A stretch of 32,000 nucleotides of DNA from Geobacter sulfurreducens PCA. Lineage in GTDB: Bacteria; Desulfobacterota; Desulfuromonadia; Geobacterales; Geobacteraceae. The stretch is from contig NC_002939.5 of the NCBI RefSeq assembly GCF_000007985.2, forward strand, positions 2,070,001 to 2,102,000, written 5' to 3'. Every line of letters starts with the position of its first letter. Positions within the stretch are counted from its first letter, which is position 1. The notes below the pieces were generated by a model. The model worked only from the letters and a program-made list of their open reading frames with translations, was not told the origin of the DNA and ran no database searches. The position numbers and the translations under genes are program-made. Positions 19,046 through 30,295 of this stretch are shown here, in pieces.

Positions 19046-20746
19046 TTAGGCGTTGAGCACCATTTCATTGAGAGAAGCCCCGGCGGGCACCATGGGGAGG
19101 ACCTTTTCCTCCCGCGCGATCTTGAACTCCATGATAACCGGTCCGGGCGTCTCGAATGCCTTCTTGATGGTGCCTTCCACTTCGTCCACCTTGGAGGCCT
19201 GGAGACCGGTCGCACCGAAGGCCTCTGCCAGCTTGATGAAGTCGATGGGCAGCTCCATGCAGGTCTGGGAGTAGCGGCGGTCGAAGAACAGCTCCTGCCA
19301 CTGCCGGACCATGCCGAGGAAATTGTTGTTGAGAATACAGATCTTGACCGGCAACCGATTCTGGACCAGTGTCGCCAGTTCCTGCATATTCATCTGGAAG
19401 CCGCCGTCTCCGCATATAGCGATAACCTGGCGATCGGGATACGCAGCCTGGGCGCCCATGGCTGCAGGCAGACCGTAGCCCATGGTGCCGAGACCACCCG
19501 ATGACAGGAGGGTCCGGGCTTTGGTGAAGGTGAAAAACTGGGCAGTCCACATCTGGTGCTGCCCCACGTCCGTGGCGATGATGGCGTCGGGCTCGGAAAG
19601 CTCCCGCAGCTTCTGAATAACGTACTGAGGCTTGATGACCGAGGTTGTCTGCTTGTAGGTCATGGGATGCTTCTGCTTCCATCCTTCGATCTCGGCCATC
19701 CAGGGTTCAATACCCGTGCGAAAGCGCTCCACCTTGTCCCCCTGCTCCTCCAGCACCTTGAGCATCTGGGACAGGACCTTCTTCACCTCGCCCACGATGG
19801 GGAGGTCGACCCGCACGTTCTTCCTGATGGACGTGGGGTCCACGTCGACGTGGATGATCTTCGCGTGGGGGGCGAAGGTGGCGACCTTACCGGTTACGCG
19901 GTCGTCGAACCGGGCGCCCACGGCAAACAGCATATCGCAGTTGGTTACTGCCATGTTCGCGTAGTAGGTCCCGTGCATTCCCAGGAGTCGCAGGGCCTGA
20001 TGATCATCCTCGGGAAAGGAGCCGAGTCCCATGAGGGTCGTGGTAACCGGCATATTGAGTTTTTTGGCGAAATCATAGAGTTCGCCGGCTGCATCGCCGG
20101 AGATGACCCCACCACCCACGTAGATCACCGGCTTCTTGGCCTCAAGCATGAGGGAGACGGCCTTTTCGATCTGTTTGGGATGTCCCTCGACCGTCGGCTT
20201 GTAGCTCCGCAATTCGATGGAATCCGGGTAGTGAAACTCAGCGGTGGCGATCTGTACGTCCTTGGGAAGATCCACGAGGACCGGCCCCGGACGGCCCGTG
20301 CGGGCGATATAGAATGCCTTCTTGATGATGGACGGGATATCTTTCACATCCTTTACCAGGAAATTATGCTTGGTGCACGGCCGGGTGATGCCGACAATAT
20401 CGACTTCCTGGAACGCATCGTTGCCGATAAGGGCCGTGGGCACCTGGCCGGTAATAACCACCACGGGGATAGAATCCATGTATGCGGTGGCAATGCCGGT
20501 GACGGTGTTGGTGGCTCCGGGTCCGGACGTGGCGATGGCTACCCCCACCCGACCGGTGGCACGTGCAAAACCGTCGGCCGCGTGGACGCCGGCCTGTTCG
20601 TGCCGGGGAAGAATGTGACGTATCTCCTTGAAAGAAAACAGCTCATCATAGATGTTGATTACCGTGCCACCGGGGTAGCCGAACACGGTATCGACCCCTT
20701 CGAGCTTGAGGCATTCGAGTAATATTCTCGCTCCTGTCATTTTCAT
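19046..20746 (-). CDS. ilvB: Acetolactate synthase large (catalytic) subunit
   Basis: [27 protein letters not shown] and the TPP motif [15 protein letters not shown]...[14 protein letters not shown] lies 7 nt before the ATG at 20744-20746. The ORF-track start at 20878 would overlap ilvD by 100 nt. Confidence 0.95.
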   Translation of the reverse strand: MKMTGARILLECLKLEGVDTVFGYPGGTVINIYDELFSFKEIRHILPRHEQAGVHAADGFARATGRVGVAIATSGPGATNTVTGIATAYMDSIPVVVITGQVPTALIGNDAFQEVDIVGITRPCTKHNFLVKDVKDIPSIIKKAFYIARTGRPGPVLVDLPKDVQIATAEFHYPDSIELRSYKPTVEGHPKQIEKAVSLMLEAKKPVIYVGGGVISGDAAGELYDFAKKLNMPVTTTLMGLGSFPEDDHQALRLLGMHGTYYANMAVTNCDMLFAVGARFDDRVTGKVATFAPHAKIIHVDVDPTSIRKNVRVDLPIVGEVKKVLSQMLKVLEEQGDKVERFRTGIEPWMAEIEGWKQKHPMTYKQTTSVIKPQYVIQKLRELSEPDAIIATDVGQHQMWTAQFFTFTKARTLLSSGGLGTMGYGLPAAMGAQAAYPDRQVIAICGDGGFQMNMQELATLVQNRLPVKICILNNNFLGMVRQWQELFFDRRYSQTCMELPIDFIKLAEAFGATGLQASKVDEVEGTIKKAFETPGPVIMEFKIAREEKVLPMVPAGASLNEMVLNA

Positions 20747-20778
20747 GCAAAGCCTCCTGCGGGCAAATGGAAAAAGTT

Positions 20779-22440
20779 TCAGTCGGCCGAGGTCACCGCA
20801 CCGGTGTAGGCGGATGTCACCACCTTCGCATAGCGGGCGAGCCAGCCGGTTTTGATCTTCGGCTCGGGCGCCGTCCAACGGGCGCGACGCTCCTGCAGAA
20901 CCGCCTCGTCAACGAGGAGTTCCAGCCGACGGTTGGGGATATCGAGCAGGATGCGGTCACCCTCCTCCACGAGGGCAATGGGGCCGCCTTCAGCGGCCTC
21001 GGGAGAAATGTGCCCAATACAGGGACCGCGGGTACCCCCGGAGAACCTGCCGTCGGTGATGAGTGCAACCGAGTCGCCGAGGCCGAGCCCCATCAGAGTC
21101 GCCGTGGGTGCCAGCATTTCCCGCATGCCCGGCCCCCCCTTGGGGCCCTCGTAGCGGATAACCACTACGTCGCCGGCAACGATCCTCCCCCCCATGAGAG
21201 CCGCCATGGCCGCCTCTTCAGAATCGAAGCAACGGGCAGTCCCCTCGAATGTCATCATGGCATCCGAGACGCCGGACTGTTTGACAACGGCACCCTTGGG
21301 CGCCAGGTTGCCGAAGAGGACGGCGATCCCCCCCTCTTTCTTCACCGGGTTCGACAGGGGACGAATGACTCGTTCGTCCACAGACTCCACGGTTGAAGCG
21401 AGCTGGAGAGTGGAGAGCCCCATGACCGTCGGGTTATCACGGACCAGAGAACCAAGCTGCCGGAGTACACCCATGACGCCGCCACCGGCGTCCAGATCCT
21501 CCATGAAGTACTCGCCCGCCGGATTCATCGAAGATATCTGGGGGGTTTCCTTGGCTAGCGTATCAAATGTTTCCAGTGGCAAGTCCACTCCAGCCTCCCG
21601 GGCAATGGCCAGGAGATGGAGCACCGTATTGGATGAGCCACCCAACGCAAGGTCCACGCGGATGGCATTCTCAAAAGCATCGCGGGTAAGGATCTGACGC
21701 GGAGTGATATCGTTACGGACAAGATCGACGATCTTCTCCCCGGACGCAAAGGCGATGCGCCGCTTGAGGGCTGACACCGCGAGAGCCGTGCCGCAACGGG
21801 GGAGACTCATGCCCATGGTCTCGGTCAGAATTGCCATGGTATTGGCAGTGAAAAGCCCCTGACAAGATCCCATGCCGGGGCAGGCATTGTCCTCGCAGAC
21901 TCCAAGCTCACGCTCGTCGATGACCCCGGCCTTGTAGCGGGCCATGGCCTCAAAGGTATCGGTAACGAATGAATAACGGCGTCCTTCCGTACCGCGACCA
22001 GCCATCATCGGACCCGCGGTAACCACGATCGAAGGAATGTTGAGTCGTGCCGCCGCCATAAGCATGCCGGGCGTGATCTTGTCGCAATTGGTGAGCAGCA
22101 CCAGGCCGTCGAGCCGATGAGCTTCAGCAACCGACTCCACCATGTCGGCAATGAGTTCACGGGTGGGAAGCGAGTAGTGCATCCCCTTGTGTCCCATGGA
22201 GATGCCGTCGCAGACACCTGGAATGCCGAAGAAAAAGGCGTATCCCCCGCCCGAGTGGATGCCTTTTTCGATAAAACGCTCCAGATCGCGCATCCCCACA
22301 TGGCCGGGAATCAGATCGGTGAAACTGGTGGCGACGCCGATGAACGGCTTGTCCATCTGGCTCTGGGGGACGCCGGTACCCTTGATGAGAGCGCGGTGCG
22401 GCGTGCGTTCAACGCCCTTCTTTATAGTGTCGCTGCGCAT
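20779..22440 (-). CDS. ilvD: Dihydroxy-acid dehydratase
   Basis: 553-aa [26 protein letters not shown]...[18 protein letters not shown], typical of IlvD. Confidence 0.96.
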   Translation of the reverse strand: MRSDTIKKGVERTPHRALIKGTGVPQSQMDKPFIGVATSFTDLIPGHVGMRDLERFIEKGIHSGGGYAFFFGIPGVCDGISMGHKGMHYSLPTRELIADMVESVAEAHRLDGLVLLTNCDKITPGMLMAAARLNIPSIVVTAGPMMAGRGTEGRRYSFVTDTFEAMARYKAGVIDERELGVCEDNACPGMGSCQGLFTANTMAILTETMGMSLPRCGTALAVSALKRRIAFASGEKIVDLVRNDITPRQILTRDAFENAIRVDLALGGSSNTVLHLLAIAREAGVDLPLETFDTLAKETPQISSMNPAGEYFMEDLDAGGGVMGVLRQLGSLVRDNPTVMGLSTLQLASTVESVDERVIRPLSNPVKKEGGIAVLFGNLAPKGAVVKQSGVSDAMMTFEGTARCFDSEEAAMAALMGGRIVAGDVVVIRYEGPKGGPGMREMLAPTATLMGLGLGDSVALITDGRFSGGTRGPCIGHISPEAAEGGPIALVEEGDRILLDIPNRRLELLVDEAVLQERRARWTAPEPKIKTGWLARYAKVVTSAYTGAVTSAD

Positions 22441-22537
22441 GGGAACTTACCTCGCGACTGGCAGAGTATGGACCGGCACCAATCACCCTCTGTCGAGAGG
22501 GGATGAGTCTGGCGTGGTCGGTAAGGTAAAGTGTGAA

Positions 22538-22565
22538 CATAATACAACCGGGGGTGCGGTGTCAA
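22538..22565 (-). promoter_or_regulatory. Candidate sigma70-like promoter for ilvD-ilvB-ilvN-ilvC(-psd-pssA)
   Basis: On the minus strand, TTGACA (22560-22565), a 16-nt spacer, then TGtATTATG, an extended -10-like element (hexamer 22538-22543). It sits in the 141-nt tsaB-ilvD spacer. Confidence 0.35.
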
Positions 22566-22581
22566 CTCCAATAAAATGGCG

Positions 22582-23274
22582 TTATACCGCCTTTTGGCAC
22601 ATCCTGGCGAGCTCCGCCTCGGACGGTCTGATGTAGGTAGGATTAAGAAGCGGCAGCGGGACAGCCGCGCCTGTGCGCAGCAGCTCACCCGCCAGAAGTG
22701 CTCCGGCTGAGGCTCGGGGCTGGTGACAGTGCGCAGGGGCAAAGAAAGCACGATGTCCCAGGATCGACTCGATGGCTTCCCGGTACCGGATGGCCCCGTC
22801 TCCCACGAATATAGCCTCACCTTCAATCGCCTCGAGGAAGCGTTCAGGCGGTGCAACGCGGTCGACAATAACCGGTTCGGGAGCTGACGTCACCCTATAG
22901 AGCCCCCCGTACACCTCTTTTTTGCGAGCGTCGAACAGGGTGCAAACCGGCAACAAGCTCCAGGGGAGGTTCAGGGCGAGCATGGCGAGGGACGAGAAAC
23001 CAACGGCAGGCTTGCCGGTTGCCAGGGCCAGCCCCTTGACCGTGGCCACTCCGATCCGAACACCGGTGAACGATCCCGGCCCCAATGCTACGCCGAAACC
23101 GTCCAGTTCCTCCAACTCCATGCCGGTATCCCGAAGCAGAATATCTACGGCTGCCAGCAGACGCTCCGACGGATGACGCTCGGCTTCCAGAAGATATTCG
23201 CCCGCGCACCGGCCGTCGATGCTCAGTGCCGCACTGCACGTGGAGGTGGAGGTGTCAATGGTGAGGATCTTCAC
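22582..23274 (-). CDS. tsaB: tRNA N6-threonylcarbamoyladenosine biosynthesis protein TsaB (YeaZ family)
   Basis: 230-aa ORF with KILTIDTSTSTCSAAL and GPGSFTGVRIGVATVKGLA. GTG start at 23272-23274. Confidence 0.88.
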   Translation of the reverse strand: MKILTIDTSTSTCSAALSIDGRCAGEYLLEAERHPSERLLAAVDILLRDTGMELEELDGFGVALGPGSFTGVRIGVATVKGLALATGKPAVGFSSLAMLALNLPWSLLPVCTLFDARKKEVYGGLYRVTSAPEPVIVDRVAPPERFLEAIEGEAIFVGDGAIRYREAIESILGHRAFFAPAHCHQPRASAGALLAGELLRTGAAVPLPLLNPTYIRPSEAELARMCQKAV

Positions 23275-23275
23275 G

Positions 23276-24343
23276 CTATCCTTGTCCCACGATGTAACGG
23301 GCGATATCGTTATAGAATGCCAGCACCATCAGACCGATAAGAAGGGCAAGACCGACCTGCTGGGCGATCTCCCGTGCCCGCATGCTGACCGGTTTGCGGA
23401 AAATCAGCTCCCACAAGTAGAATATCAGGTGACCGCCATCCAGAATCGGGATGGGAAGGAGGTTGAGGACGCCCAGGTTTATAGAGAGGAGCGCCATGAA
23501 TGCCAGGAAGCTGACACCTCCTGCTTCGGCCTGCTGGCCAGCCATCTTGGCGATCATGATCGGTCCGCCGATGGTATCGAGGGGAACAGCCCGTTCGACG
23601 ATCTTAACCAGAGAGACGACCGTAAGCCGGATCACGTTGCCGGTCTGAACGGTTCCCCGCTGCAGGGCCTCGCCGGCGGGATACGTGTCGATGACCGTTT
23701 CGCCAGAGGCCACCACACCGATGACCGGGGTGGTAACGGTTTCACCGAGAAGGTTCTTGCCGGTCCGCGTTTCTGGCGTCACACGGAAGGTCTTGATCAC
23801 TTCACCCCGCTTCACCTCAACGACAAGGGGAGCGCCCTTCCCCGCAGATATCTCAGCCGCCATCTCATCCCAGCGGGAGACAGCCTTGCCGTTAACGCCG
23901 GTAATGATGTCGTTCGCCATGATACCCGCCTTGGCAGCGGGCTTGTCCTTGACGACTTCGCCGATCTTGGAGGTTACCGAAGGAACGCCGATCATGAAGA
24001 TCGCGATGAACACGATCCAGGCAAAGATCAGATTGAAGCCTGGCCCGGCCACAACGATACCGATTCGCTTGAGAGGAGATTTCTCGGCAAAGGAACGGGC
24101 CTTGTCCTCTTCGGAAAGTTCCCCTTCGGCGCCTTCTCCCACCATCTTCACGTATCCCCCCAGAGGGAAGGCGGAGATGAGGTACTCGGTCTCGCCCACC
24201 TTCTTCCCGATGAGCTTGGGACCGAATCCCAATGAGAACTTTTCGACCCCCACACCGAAGAGTTTGGCAAAAATGAAGTGCCCCAACTCGTGAACGAAGA
24301 TCAGTATTCCTAAAACGATGATGGCGGAGATGATGCTGACCAT
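23276..24343 (-). CDS. rseP: RIP zinc metalloprotease RseP (site-2 protease)
   Basis: HELGHF zinc motif, a central PDZ domain, and the NLLPIPILDGG motif. Confidence 0.93.
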   Translation of the reverse strand: MVSIISAIIVLGILIFVHELGHFIFAKLFGVGVEKFSLGFGPKLIGKKVGETEYLISAFPLGGYVKMVGEGAEGELSEEDKARSFAEKSPLKRIGIVVAGPGFNLIFAWIVFIAIFMIGVPSVTSKIGEVVKDKPAAKAGIMANDIITGVNGKAVSRWDEMAAEISAGKGAPLVVEVKRGEVIKTFRVTPETRTGKNLLGETVTTPVIGVVASGETVIDTYPAGEALQRGTVQTGNVIRLTVVSLVKIVERAVPLDTIGGPIMIAKMAGQQAEAGGVSFLAFMALLSINLGVLNLLPIPILDGGHLIFYLWELIFRKPVSMRAREIAQQVGLALLIGLMVLAFYNDIARYIVGQG

Positions 24344-24363
24344 AGTCTCCTCTCGTACTGCGG

Positions 24364-25524
24364 CTAGCGGCGGACGAGCCCTACGAGCTCACGCGCCTTC
24401 TCACGCGCCCAACGATCGGTGATGAGCGCCTCCTCGATGGTGGAAAGGGTGTGTGCCTCATGGGCGTCCATGATTCGTGCGATAGTGGCGGCAATGTCGA
24501 TGAATCCGATCACCCCGGACAGAAAAGCCTCTACCGCCACCTCATTGGCAGCGTTCATGACCGCGGGCATGCTTTCCCCTGCCGCCAAAGCGTCGTAGGC
24601 AAGCTTCAGGGCGGGAAAGCGGCGATAGTCCGGCTTGAAAAAGGTGAGCCCGGACAGAGCGGTGAGGTCAAGGGGATTCACCCCGGTGGGGACCCGCTCG
24701 GGATAGGTCAGCGCATAGGCGATGGGAGCCTTCATGTCGGGAACACCCAACTGAGCCATGACACTGCCGTCCACATACTCGACCATGGAATGGATGATGC
24801 TCTGGGGATGAATGTTCACGTCGATCCGCTCCGCCGGCGTATCGAAAAGCCAGCGAGCCTCGATCACCTCCAGCCCCTTGTTCATCATGGTGGCCGAATC
24901 GATGGTTATCTTGCGCCCCATGGACCAGTTGGGGTGGTTCAGGGCGTCGTCGATCGAAACCCGGGACAGCTGATCAAGCGGCAGATTCAGGAAGGGCCCG
25001 CCCGAAGCGGTCAGGATGATCCGCAATACATCCTTGCGGCTCTGTCCTTCCATGGACTGGAACACGGCGCTGTGTTCACTGTCAACGGGATAGAGTCTGA
25101 CATTCTTGTCCCGCACAAGATCCATGATGAGCCTGCCGGCAGTGACCAGGGTTTCCTTGTTGGCAAGAGCCACATCTTTGCCAGCCCGTATAGCCGCAGC
25201 GGTCGGAACCAGCCCGGCGGCACCGACTATTGCAGCAACAACCATATGGGCATCCCCCGCCGTGGCTGCGGCGATAAGCCCTTCAACGCCATAATGGATC
25301 TCCGGCTTGTACCCCGGCAGACTCCGGTCCAGTTCAACGGCCAGTTTTTCGCTCAGAACGCTGACCATTTGCGGACGGAACGTCTCGATCTGCTGTCTCA
25401 GCATCTCAAGGTTGTTGCCGGCAGTGAGAGCAACGACACGGAAGCGGTCGGGGTGGGCGGAGACAACTTCCAGCGTGCTGACCCCAATGGAGCCTGTTGA
25501 TCCGAGTATGGTGATGTTTTTCAT
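24364..25524 (-). CDS. dxr: 1-deoxy-D-xylulose 5-phosphate reductoisomerase
   Basis: [21 protein letters not shown] and LANKE/DSEHSA motifs. Confidence 0.96.
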   Translation of the reverse strand: MKNITILGSTGSIGVSTLEVVSAHPDRFRVVALTAGNNLEMLRQQIETFRPQMVSVLSEKLAVELDRSLPGYKPEIHYGVEGLIAAATAGDAHMVVAAIVGAAGLVPTAAAIRAGKDVALANKETLVTAGRLIMDLVRDKNVRLYPVDSEHSAVFQSMEGQSRKDVLRIILTASGGPFLNLPLDQLSRVSIDDALNHPNWSMGRKITIDSATMMNKGLEVIEARWLFDTPAERIDVNIHPQSIIHSMVEYVDGSVMAQLGVPDMKAPIAYALTYPERVPTGVNPLDLTALSGLTFFKPDYRRFPALKLAYDALAAGESMPAVMNAANEVAVEAFLSGVIGFIDIAATIARIMDAHEAHTLSTIEEALITDRWAREKARELVGLVRR

Positions 25525-25540
25525 GGATACCCTGTCAAAC

Positions 25541-26371
25541 CTATCGGTTCATGAACACGAAAAGAGCGTAGTAGTAGGCAGCCGGCACAGCAAACAGAAT
25601 ACTGTCCAATCGGTCGAGAATGCCGCCGTGTCCGGGCACGATCGTTCCCGAATCCTTGACGCCGAAACTGCGCTTGAGCAACGACTCGAAGAGGTCGCCG
25701 ACCTGACCGAGAACTCCCAACAGGAGCGCCGTGGCAATGCAGTCAAGGACGGTCAGTCCGGGGAAAAAGGTAAGACGCGCCACAAAGGTTCCGGCAAGGC
25801 TGCCGAGTAATCCGCCGATCGCCCCCTCAACGCTCTTGTTGGGACTAACTGACGGATAAAGCTTGCGGCGGCCCAGATTACTTCCCACATAGTACGCTGC
25901 CGTATCTCCGGACATGACGATAACGAGAACGAGGAAGATCCAGCCGACCCCGTCCGGAAGAGCGCGCAGCCATGCAAGGTGGGTCAGGAGCAGCGGCACG
26001 TAGAGAAACCCCGTCGCGAACAGAGCCGTTTCGACTGCGGCCGACCGGACATCGCGAAAGCTGAACAGAACCCTGAGAGCGAATGCGAGGAAGACAATCG
26101 TCAGGACAAAAGCGAACAGGGTTGCCGACGTGCGGAAAGGAACCATTTCGATGATACGATCCTGAGCAGCCAGGAACGCGGGTATAAGTGCCCCGGCCAG
26201 GGAAGCAGCTACTCCTTCCGCCCTGCGGTCCGGAAGCGCCATACGATAGTATTCGCTGAGCCCAAGAAACGTGAGAACAACGACGAACGATGCAAAAAGA
26301 ACATAGCTCGCCTTGAGGACGAACAGAATCAGCAGAGGGAGGGCAATTGCTCCAGTAATGACGCGCTTAAT
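25541..26371 (-). CDS. cdsA: Phosphatidate cytidylyltransferase (CDP-diglyceride synthase); start codon uncertain
   Basis: CdsA signature [28 protein letters not shown] in a multi-TM protein. The expected N-terminus ([17 protein letters not shown]) begins at an ATT (26369-26371) preceded by GAGGAG with a 6-nt gap. The only ATG, GTG or TTG upstream is the TTG at 26521, which lies 148 nt inside uppS. Confidence 0.85.
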   Translation of the reverse strand: MKRVITGAIALPLLILFVLKASYVLFASFVVVLTFLGLSEYYRMALPDRRAEGVAASLAGALIPAFLAAQDRIIEMVPFRTSATLFAFVLTIVFLAFALRVLFSFRDVRSAAVETALFATGFLYVPLLLTHLAWLRALPDGVGWIFLVLVIVMSGDTAAYYVGSNLGRRKLYPSVSPNKSVEGAIGGLLGSLAGTFVARLTFFPGLTVLDCIATALLLGVLGQVGDLFESLLKRSFGVKDSGTIVPGHGGILDRLDSILFAVPAAYYYALFVFMNR

Positions 26372-26373
26372 GG

Positions 26374-27114
26374 CTAGCTCCTCGTGTTGATCTGGGCGCT
26401 TGTGCGACCGAAACGCCGCTCGCGGGCCTGGTAATCGCTCAATGCCCGGTACAGTTCCTCCGGCGTGAATTCTGGCCAGTTGACCGAGGAGAAGTAGAAC
26501 TCCGTATAGGCCAGCTGCCAAAGAAGAAAATTGCTGATCCTCATCTCTCCGCTCGTGCGGATGAGAAAATCGGGATCAGGGAGCCCGCTGGTGAACAGAT
26601 ACGAGGCAAAGGCAGTCTCACTGAGATCATCGGCCTTGAGCACGCCGGAAGCAATATCGGAGGCTATCCGCGTAGCCGCCGTCATGATCTCCTGGCGCGC
26701 GCCGTAGGAAAGTGCCAGAGTAAGGATCATACCGGTATTGCCGCTGGTCCGGTCGATTGCTCCCTGAACGGCTTTATTCACATCCGGCGGCAGTTCATCA
26801 CGGTTGCCGATGACATTAAACCGGATATTGTTCGCATCCATCCGCGCAGCCTCAGATGCAATGTACTTCTTCAGCAGGGCCATCAGCGCCTTGACCTCGG
26901 TTTTTGGCCGAAGCCAGTTCTCAGCTGAAAAAGCGAATAGCGTCAGATATCCGATACCGAGCCGGGAACACTCCTCGACGATGATCCTGACCGTTTCCAC
27001 CCCTTTCTGGTGGCCGATGATCCGCGTGAGCATCCGTTCCTGAGCCCAGCGGCCGTTACCGTCCATGATAATGGCCAAGTGCCTGGGGAGTTTATCGGGT
27101 ATGAGGCCGTGCAT
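26374..27114 (-). CDS. uppS: Di-trans,poly-cis-undecaprenyl-diphosphate synthase
   Basis: PRHLAIIMDGNGRWA and RTSGEMRISNFLLWQLAYTE motifs. Confidence 0.95.
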   Translation of the reverse strand: MHGLIPDKLPRHLAIIMDGNGRWAQERMLTRIIGHQKGVETVRIIVEECSRLGIGYLTLFAFSAENWLRPKTEVKALMALLKKYIASEAARMDANNIRFNVIGNRDELPPDVNKAVQGAIDRTSGNTGMILTLALSYGARQEIMTAATRIASDIASGVLKADDLSETAFASYLFTSGLPDPDFLIRTSGEMRISNFLLWQLAYTEFYFSSVNWPEFTPEELYRALSDYQARERRFGRTSAQINTRS

Positions 27115-27123
27115 ATGTCACCA

Positions 27124-27164
27124 GAAACAAAAAATCCCCTTTAAACGAGGGGTTAAAGGGGATT
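27124..27164 (-). terminator. Hairpin plus T tract between frr and uppS (terminator or attenuator)
   Basis: Perfect 12-bp inverted repeat (AATCCCCTTTAA at 27133-27144 pairing with TTAAAGGGGATT at 27153-27164) and an 8-nt loop. On the minus strand it is followed by TTTTGTTT. It ends only about 10 nt before the uppS ATG. Confidence 0.55.
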
Positions 27165-27237
27165 AAACCATAAAAGCAGTATGGGCGCAAGGAAAAAAAC
27201 GAAATTAACAGGTTGCGCGGCCATTGGCCACGCCTCC

Positions 27238-27795
27238 TCACACCTCCATGACTTCCTTTTCCTTGTGTGCCAGGACCTCATCAACTTTGGCGACATAGAC
27301 GTTCGTCACATCCTGGACTTCCTTCTCGGCGCGCTTGAGGTCGTCTTCGGATATCTTTTTGTCCTTCTCCAGCTTCTTGAGACCATCAATGGCGTCTCGA
27401 CGGATGTTCCGAATGGCTATCTTGGCATCCTCAGCCGTCTTTTTAAGCGACTTCACGATTTCTTTACGACGTTCCTCGGTGAGGGGGGGAAGGCTGATCC
27501 GGATGAGCTTACCGTCATTGGACGGGGTGAAGCCGAGGTTGGCGTTCAGGATCGCCTTCTCGATGACCGGGATCATCTTTGTCTCCCACGGCTGAATGGT
27601 GATGGTCCGCGGCTCGGGTACGGCAAGAGTAGCTACCTGGTTGAGCGGAGACGGGTTACCGTAGAAATCCACCCTGATCTCGTCAAGAAGACCGGTGTTT
27701 GCCCGACCGGTGCGAACTTTTTGGTACTCGCGACGCAACGATTCGACCGATTTTTCCATGTGAGACTTCATATCGTTGATGACGTCTTTCGTCAT
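27238..27795 (-). CDS. frr: Ribosome recycling factor
   Basis: 185-aa [36 protein letters not shown]..., typical of RRF. Confidence 0.96.
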   Translation of the reverse strand: MTKDVINDMKSHMEKSVESLRREYQKVRTGRANTGLLDEIRVDFYGNPSPLNQVATLAVPEPRTITIQPWETKMIPVIEKAILNANLGFTPSNDGKLIRISLPPLTEERRKEIVKSLKKTAEDAKIAIRNIRRDAIDGLKKLEKDKKISEDDLKRAEKEVQDVTNVYVAKVDEVLAHKEKEVMEV

Positions 27796-27796
27796 G

Positions 27797-28540
<744 letters not shown>

Positions 28541-28564
28541 TTAAAGCGCCGCTGTCGGCGCGAA

Positions 28565-28598
28565 CGCAAAAAGAGCCGGCCATGTTCATGACCGGCCC
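28565..28598 (-). terminator. Candidate terminator or attenuator hairpin after tsf
   Basis: On the minus strand, GCCGGUCAUG-AA-CAUGGCCGGC (28575-28596, one G-U pair; the innermost pairs must open to form a viable loop), followed by UCUUUUUGCG. Confidence 0.45.
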
Positions 28599-28608
28599 GT
28601 GTGCCTTG

Positions 28609-29259
28609 CTACAGACCCGCTGCGGCGGCAACCTCCGCGGCAAAGTCCGATTCTTTCTTTTCAAGCCCTTCGCCCAGAACGAAGCGTGCGAAGCGTCTAA
28701 CCGACATGTTTTCGCCGATGGACGAAATAGTCTCGTTCAGGAACTGCTGAACGGTCTTGTCCGGGTCCTTGACGAAATTCTGCTCCATGAGGCATATCTC
28801 AGCGTAGAACTTGTTGATCTGCCCCTCGATGATCTTCTCGATGATGTTTTCCGGCTTGCCCGTCTCACGGGCCTTGGCGCGGTAGATTTCCTTCTCGCGC
28901 TCAAGCAGCTCCGCGGGCACTTCCTCGCGACGCACATATTGAGGAGAAGCGGCGGCGATATGCATAGCGATATCCTTCACGAATGCTTGGAAATTATCGT
29001 TGCGCGCCACGAAATCGGTCTCGCAGTTCACTTCGACAAGAACACCGATCTTGCCGCCGGCGTGAATATAAGAGCCAACAGCACCTTCGGTGGCTGCCCG
29101 GCCCGCCTTTTTGGAAGCGGCAGCAAGACCCTTTTTCCTGAGGTAATCGACCGCCTGCTCAAGATCGCCGTTGGTTTCGGTGAGGGCCTTCTTGCAGTCC
29201 ATGAGGCCGGCACCGGTGATTTTACGCAGTTCGTTGACCTGTGCAGCTGTAATGCTCAC
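28609..29259 (-). CDS. tsf: Elongation factor Ts (short, 216-aa form)
   Basis: [26 protein letters not shown]-terminal domain. GTG start at 29257-29259, preceded by GGGAGGA. Confidence 0.95.
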   Translation of the reverse strand: MSITAAQVNELRKITGAGLMDCKKALTETNGDLEQAVDYLRKKGLAAASKKAGRAATEGAVGSYIHAGGKIGVLVEVNCETDFVARNDNFQAFVKDIAMHIAAASPQYVRREEVPAELLEREKEIYRAKARETGKPENIIEKIIEGQINKFYAEICLMEQNFVKDPDKTVQQFLNETISSIGENMSVRRFARFVLGEGLEKKESDFAAEVAAAAGL

Positions 29260-29334
29260 TGTATCCTCCCTGGTGAAGGGACGGGCGCCGAGGCGCCATC
29301 CCGATCATTATGCGATGTGATTAATCAGACCGGA

Positions 29335-30090
29335 TCAGGCCTCGGCGCCACTCTCTTCCGCAGCGGCTTCCATAGCCTCCTCGTCGCCGGTCTGAAGAAC
29401 GGCGTCACGTGCCTGGGAGCCCTCGATGACCGCGTCAGCCATCTTGGAAGTGAGCAGGCGAATGGCGCGGATGGCGTCGTCATTGCCAGGAATTACATAG
29501 TCGATGGGATCGGGGTCACAGTTGGTGTCAACCACGGCCACAACGGGAATACCCAGCTTCTTGGCCTCGCTGATGGCGATAGTCTCATTCTTGGGGTCGA
29601 TCACGAAGAGCGCGCCGGGAAGCTTGCCCATCCCTTTGATGCCGCCGAGAATCTTTTCCAGCTTCTCCCGCTCTTTTTCAAGCTGCAGAGCTTCCTTCTT
29701 GGTGTACGCTTCAATGGAGCCGTCGGCGAACATGGCATCCAGCCGCTTGAGGCGGTCGATGCTCTGCTTGACGGTGACGAAGTTGGTGAGCATGCCGCCA
29801 AGCCAGCGCTGGTTGACGAAATACATGCCACAACGGACTGCTTCTTCGCCGATGGCATCCTGGGCTTGCTTCTTGGTGCCCACGAAGAGCATCGTTTCGC
29901 CAGCCTGGGCGTTCTCACGAACGAAATTATACGCATTCTTGAAGAGGCGTACGGTCTTCTGGAGGTCGATAATGTAAATACCGTTACGCGCCCCGAAGAT
30001 ATATGGCTTCATCTTCGGGTTCCATCTCTTGGTCTGGTGGCCGAAATGAACACCGGCCTCCAGAAGCTCCTTCATGGTGATGTTCGACAT
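29335..30090 (-). CDS. rpsB: 30S ribosomal protein S2
   Basis: [19 protein letters not shown] motif. GGAGAG SD upstream. Acidic C-terminal tail. Confidence 0.97.
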
Positions 30091-30196
30091 GCTTTCTCTC
30101 CTTTTCGGTTGTGCCTCCGCCTTCCTGTTGATGGCCGGAATCCGCGAGGGACACCGCCGGCCCGATGGAAGGCGTGCGTGATTTGAACAGCAAATC

Positions 30197-30226
30197 CATA
30201 TACCACAGAGCGCCCGGCTTTAGCAA
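30197..30226 (-). promoter_or_regulatory. Candidate sigma70-like promoter for rpsB-tsf, giving a leader of about 100 nt
   Basis: On the minus strand, TTGCTA (30221-30226), an 18-nt spacer, then TGgTATATG, an extended -10-like element (30197-30205). Confidence 0.35.
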
Positions 30227-30295
30227 CACCAAAGATTGGCGAGGCTATGCTCTTATATTTACATGCCGCACCCCTTCGTGTATCATGACTGCCCA

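Noticed and set aside
20747-20878. An N-terminal extension of ilvB overlapping ilvD. Similar ORF-track extensions exist for lptF (30236), LOG (12081), leuA (15380), the membrane protein (6610), psd (17291), ilvC (18426) and pyrG (3885).
   Set aside because: Internal ATGs preceded by good SD sequences reproduce the conserved N-termini. The extensions start at GTG or TTG, or at ATGs without an SD (leuA, the membrane protein), and overlap upstream genes or promoters.
22595-22610. TGGCAC-N5-GGCGA, considered as a sigma54 (-24/-12) promoter.
   Set aside because: The -12 element does not match TTGC. The site is inside tsaB and points antisense, with no downstream gene.
27165-27237. A second hairpin (GCGCGGCC-ATT-GGCCACGC, 27215-27233) and a TTGCGC-17-TTTAAT promoter-like match between frr and uppS.
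   Set aside because: The 3-nt loop is sterically poor. The T-run is about 15 nt away from the hairpin. The promoter-like -10 overlaps the stronger 12-bp hairpin. The evidence is too ambiguous to call either one.
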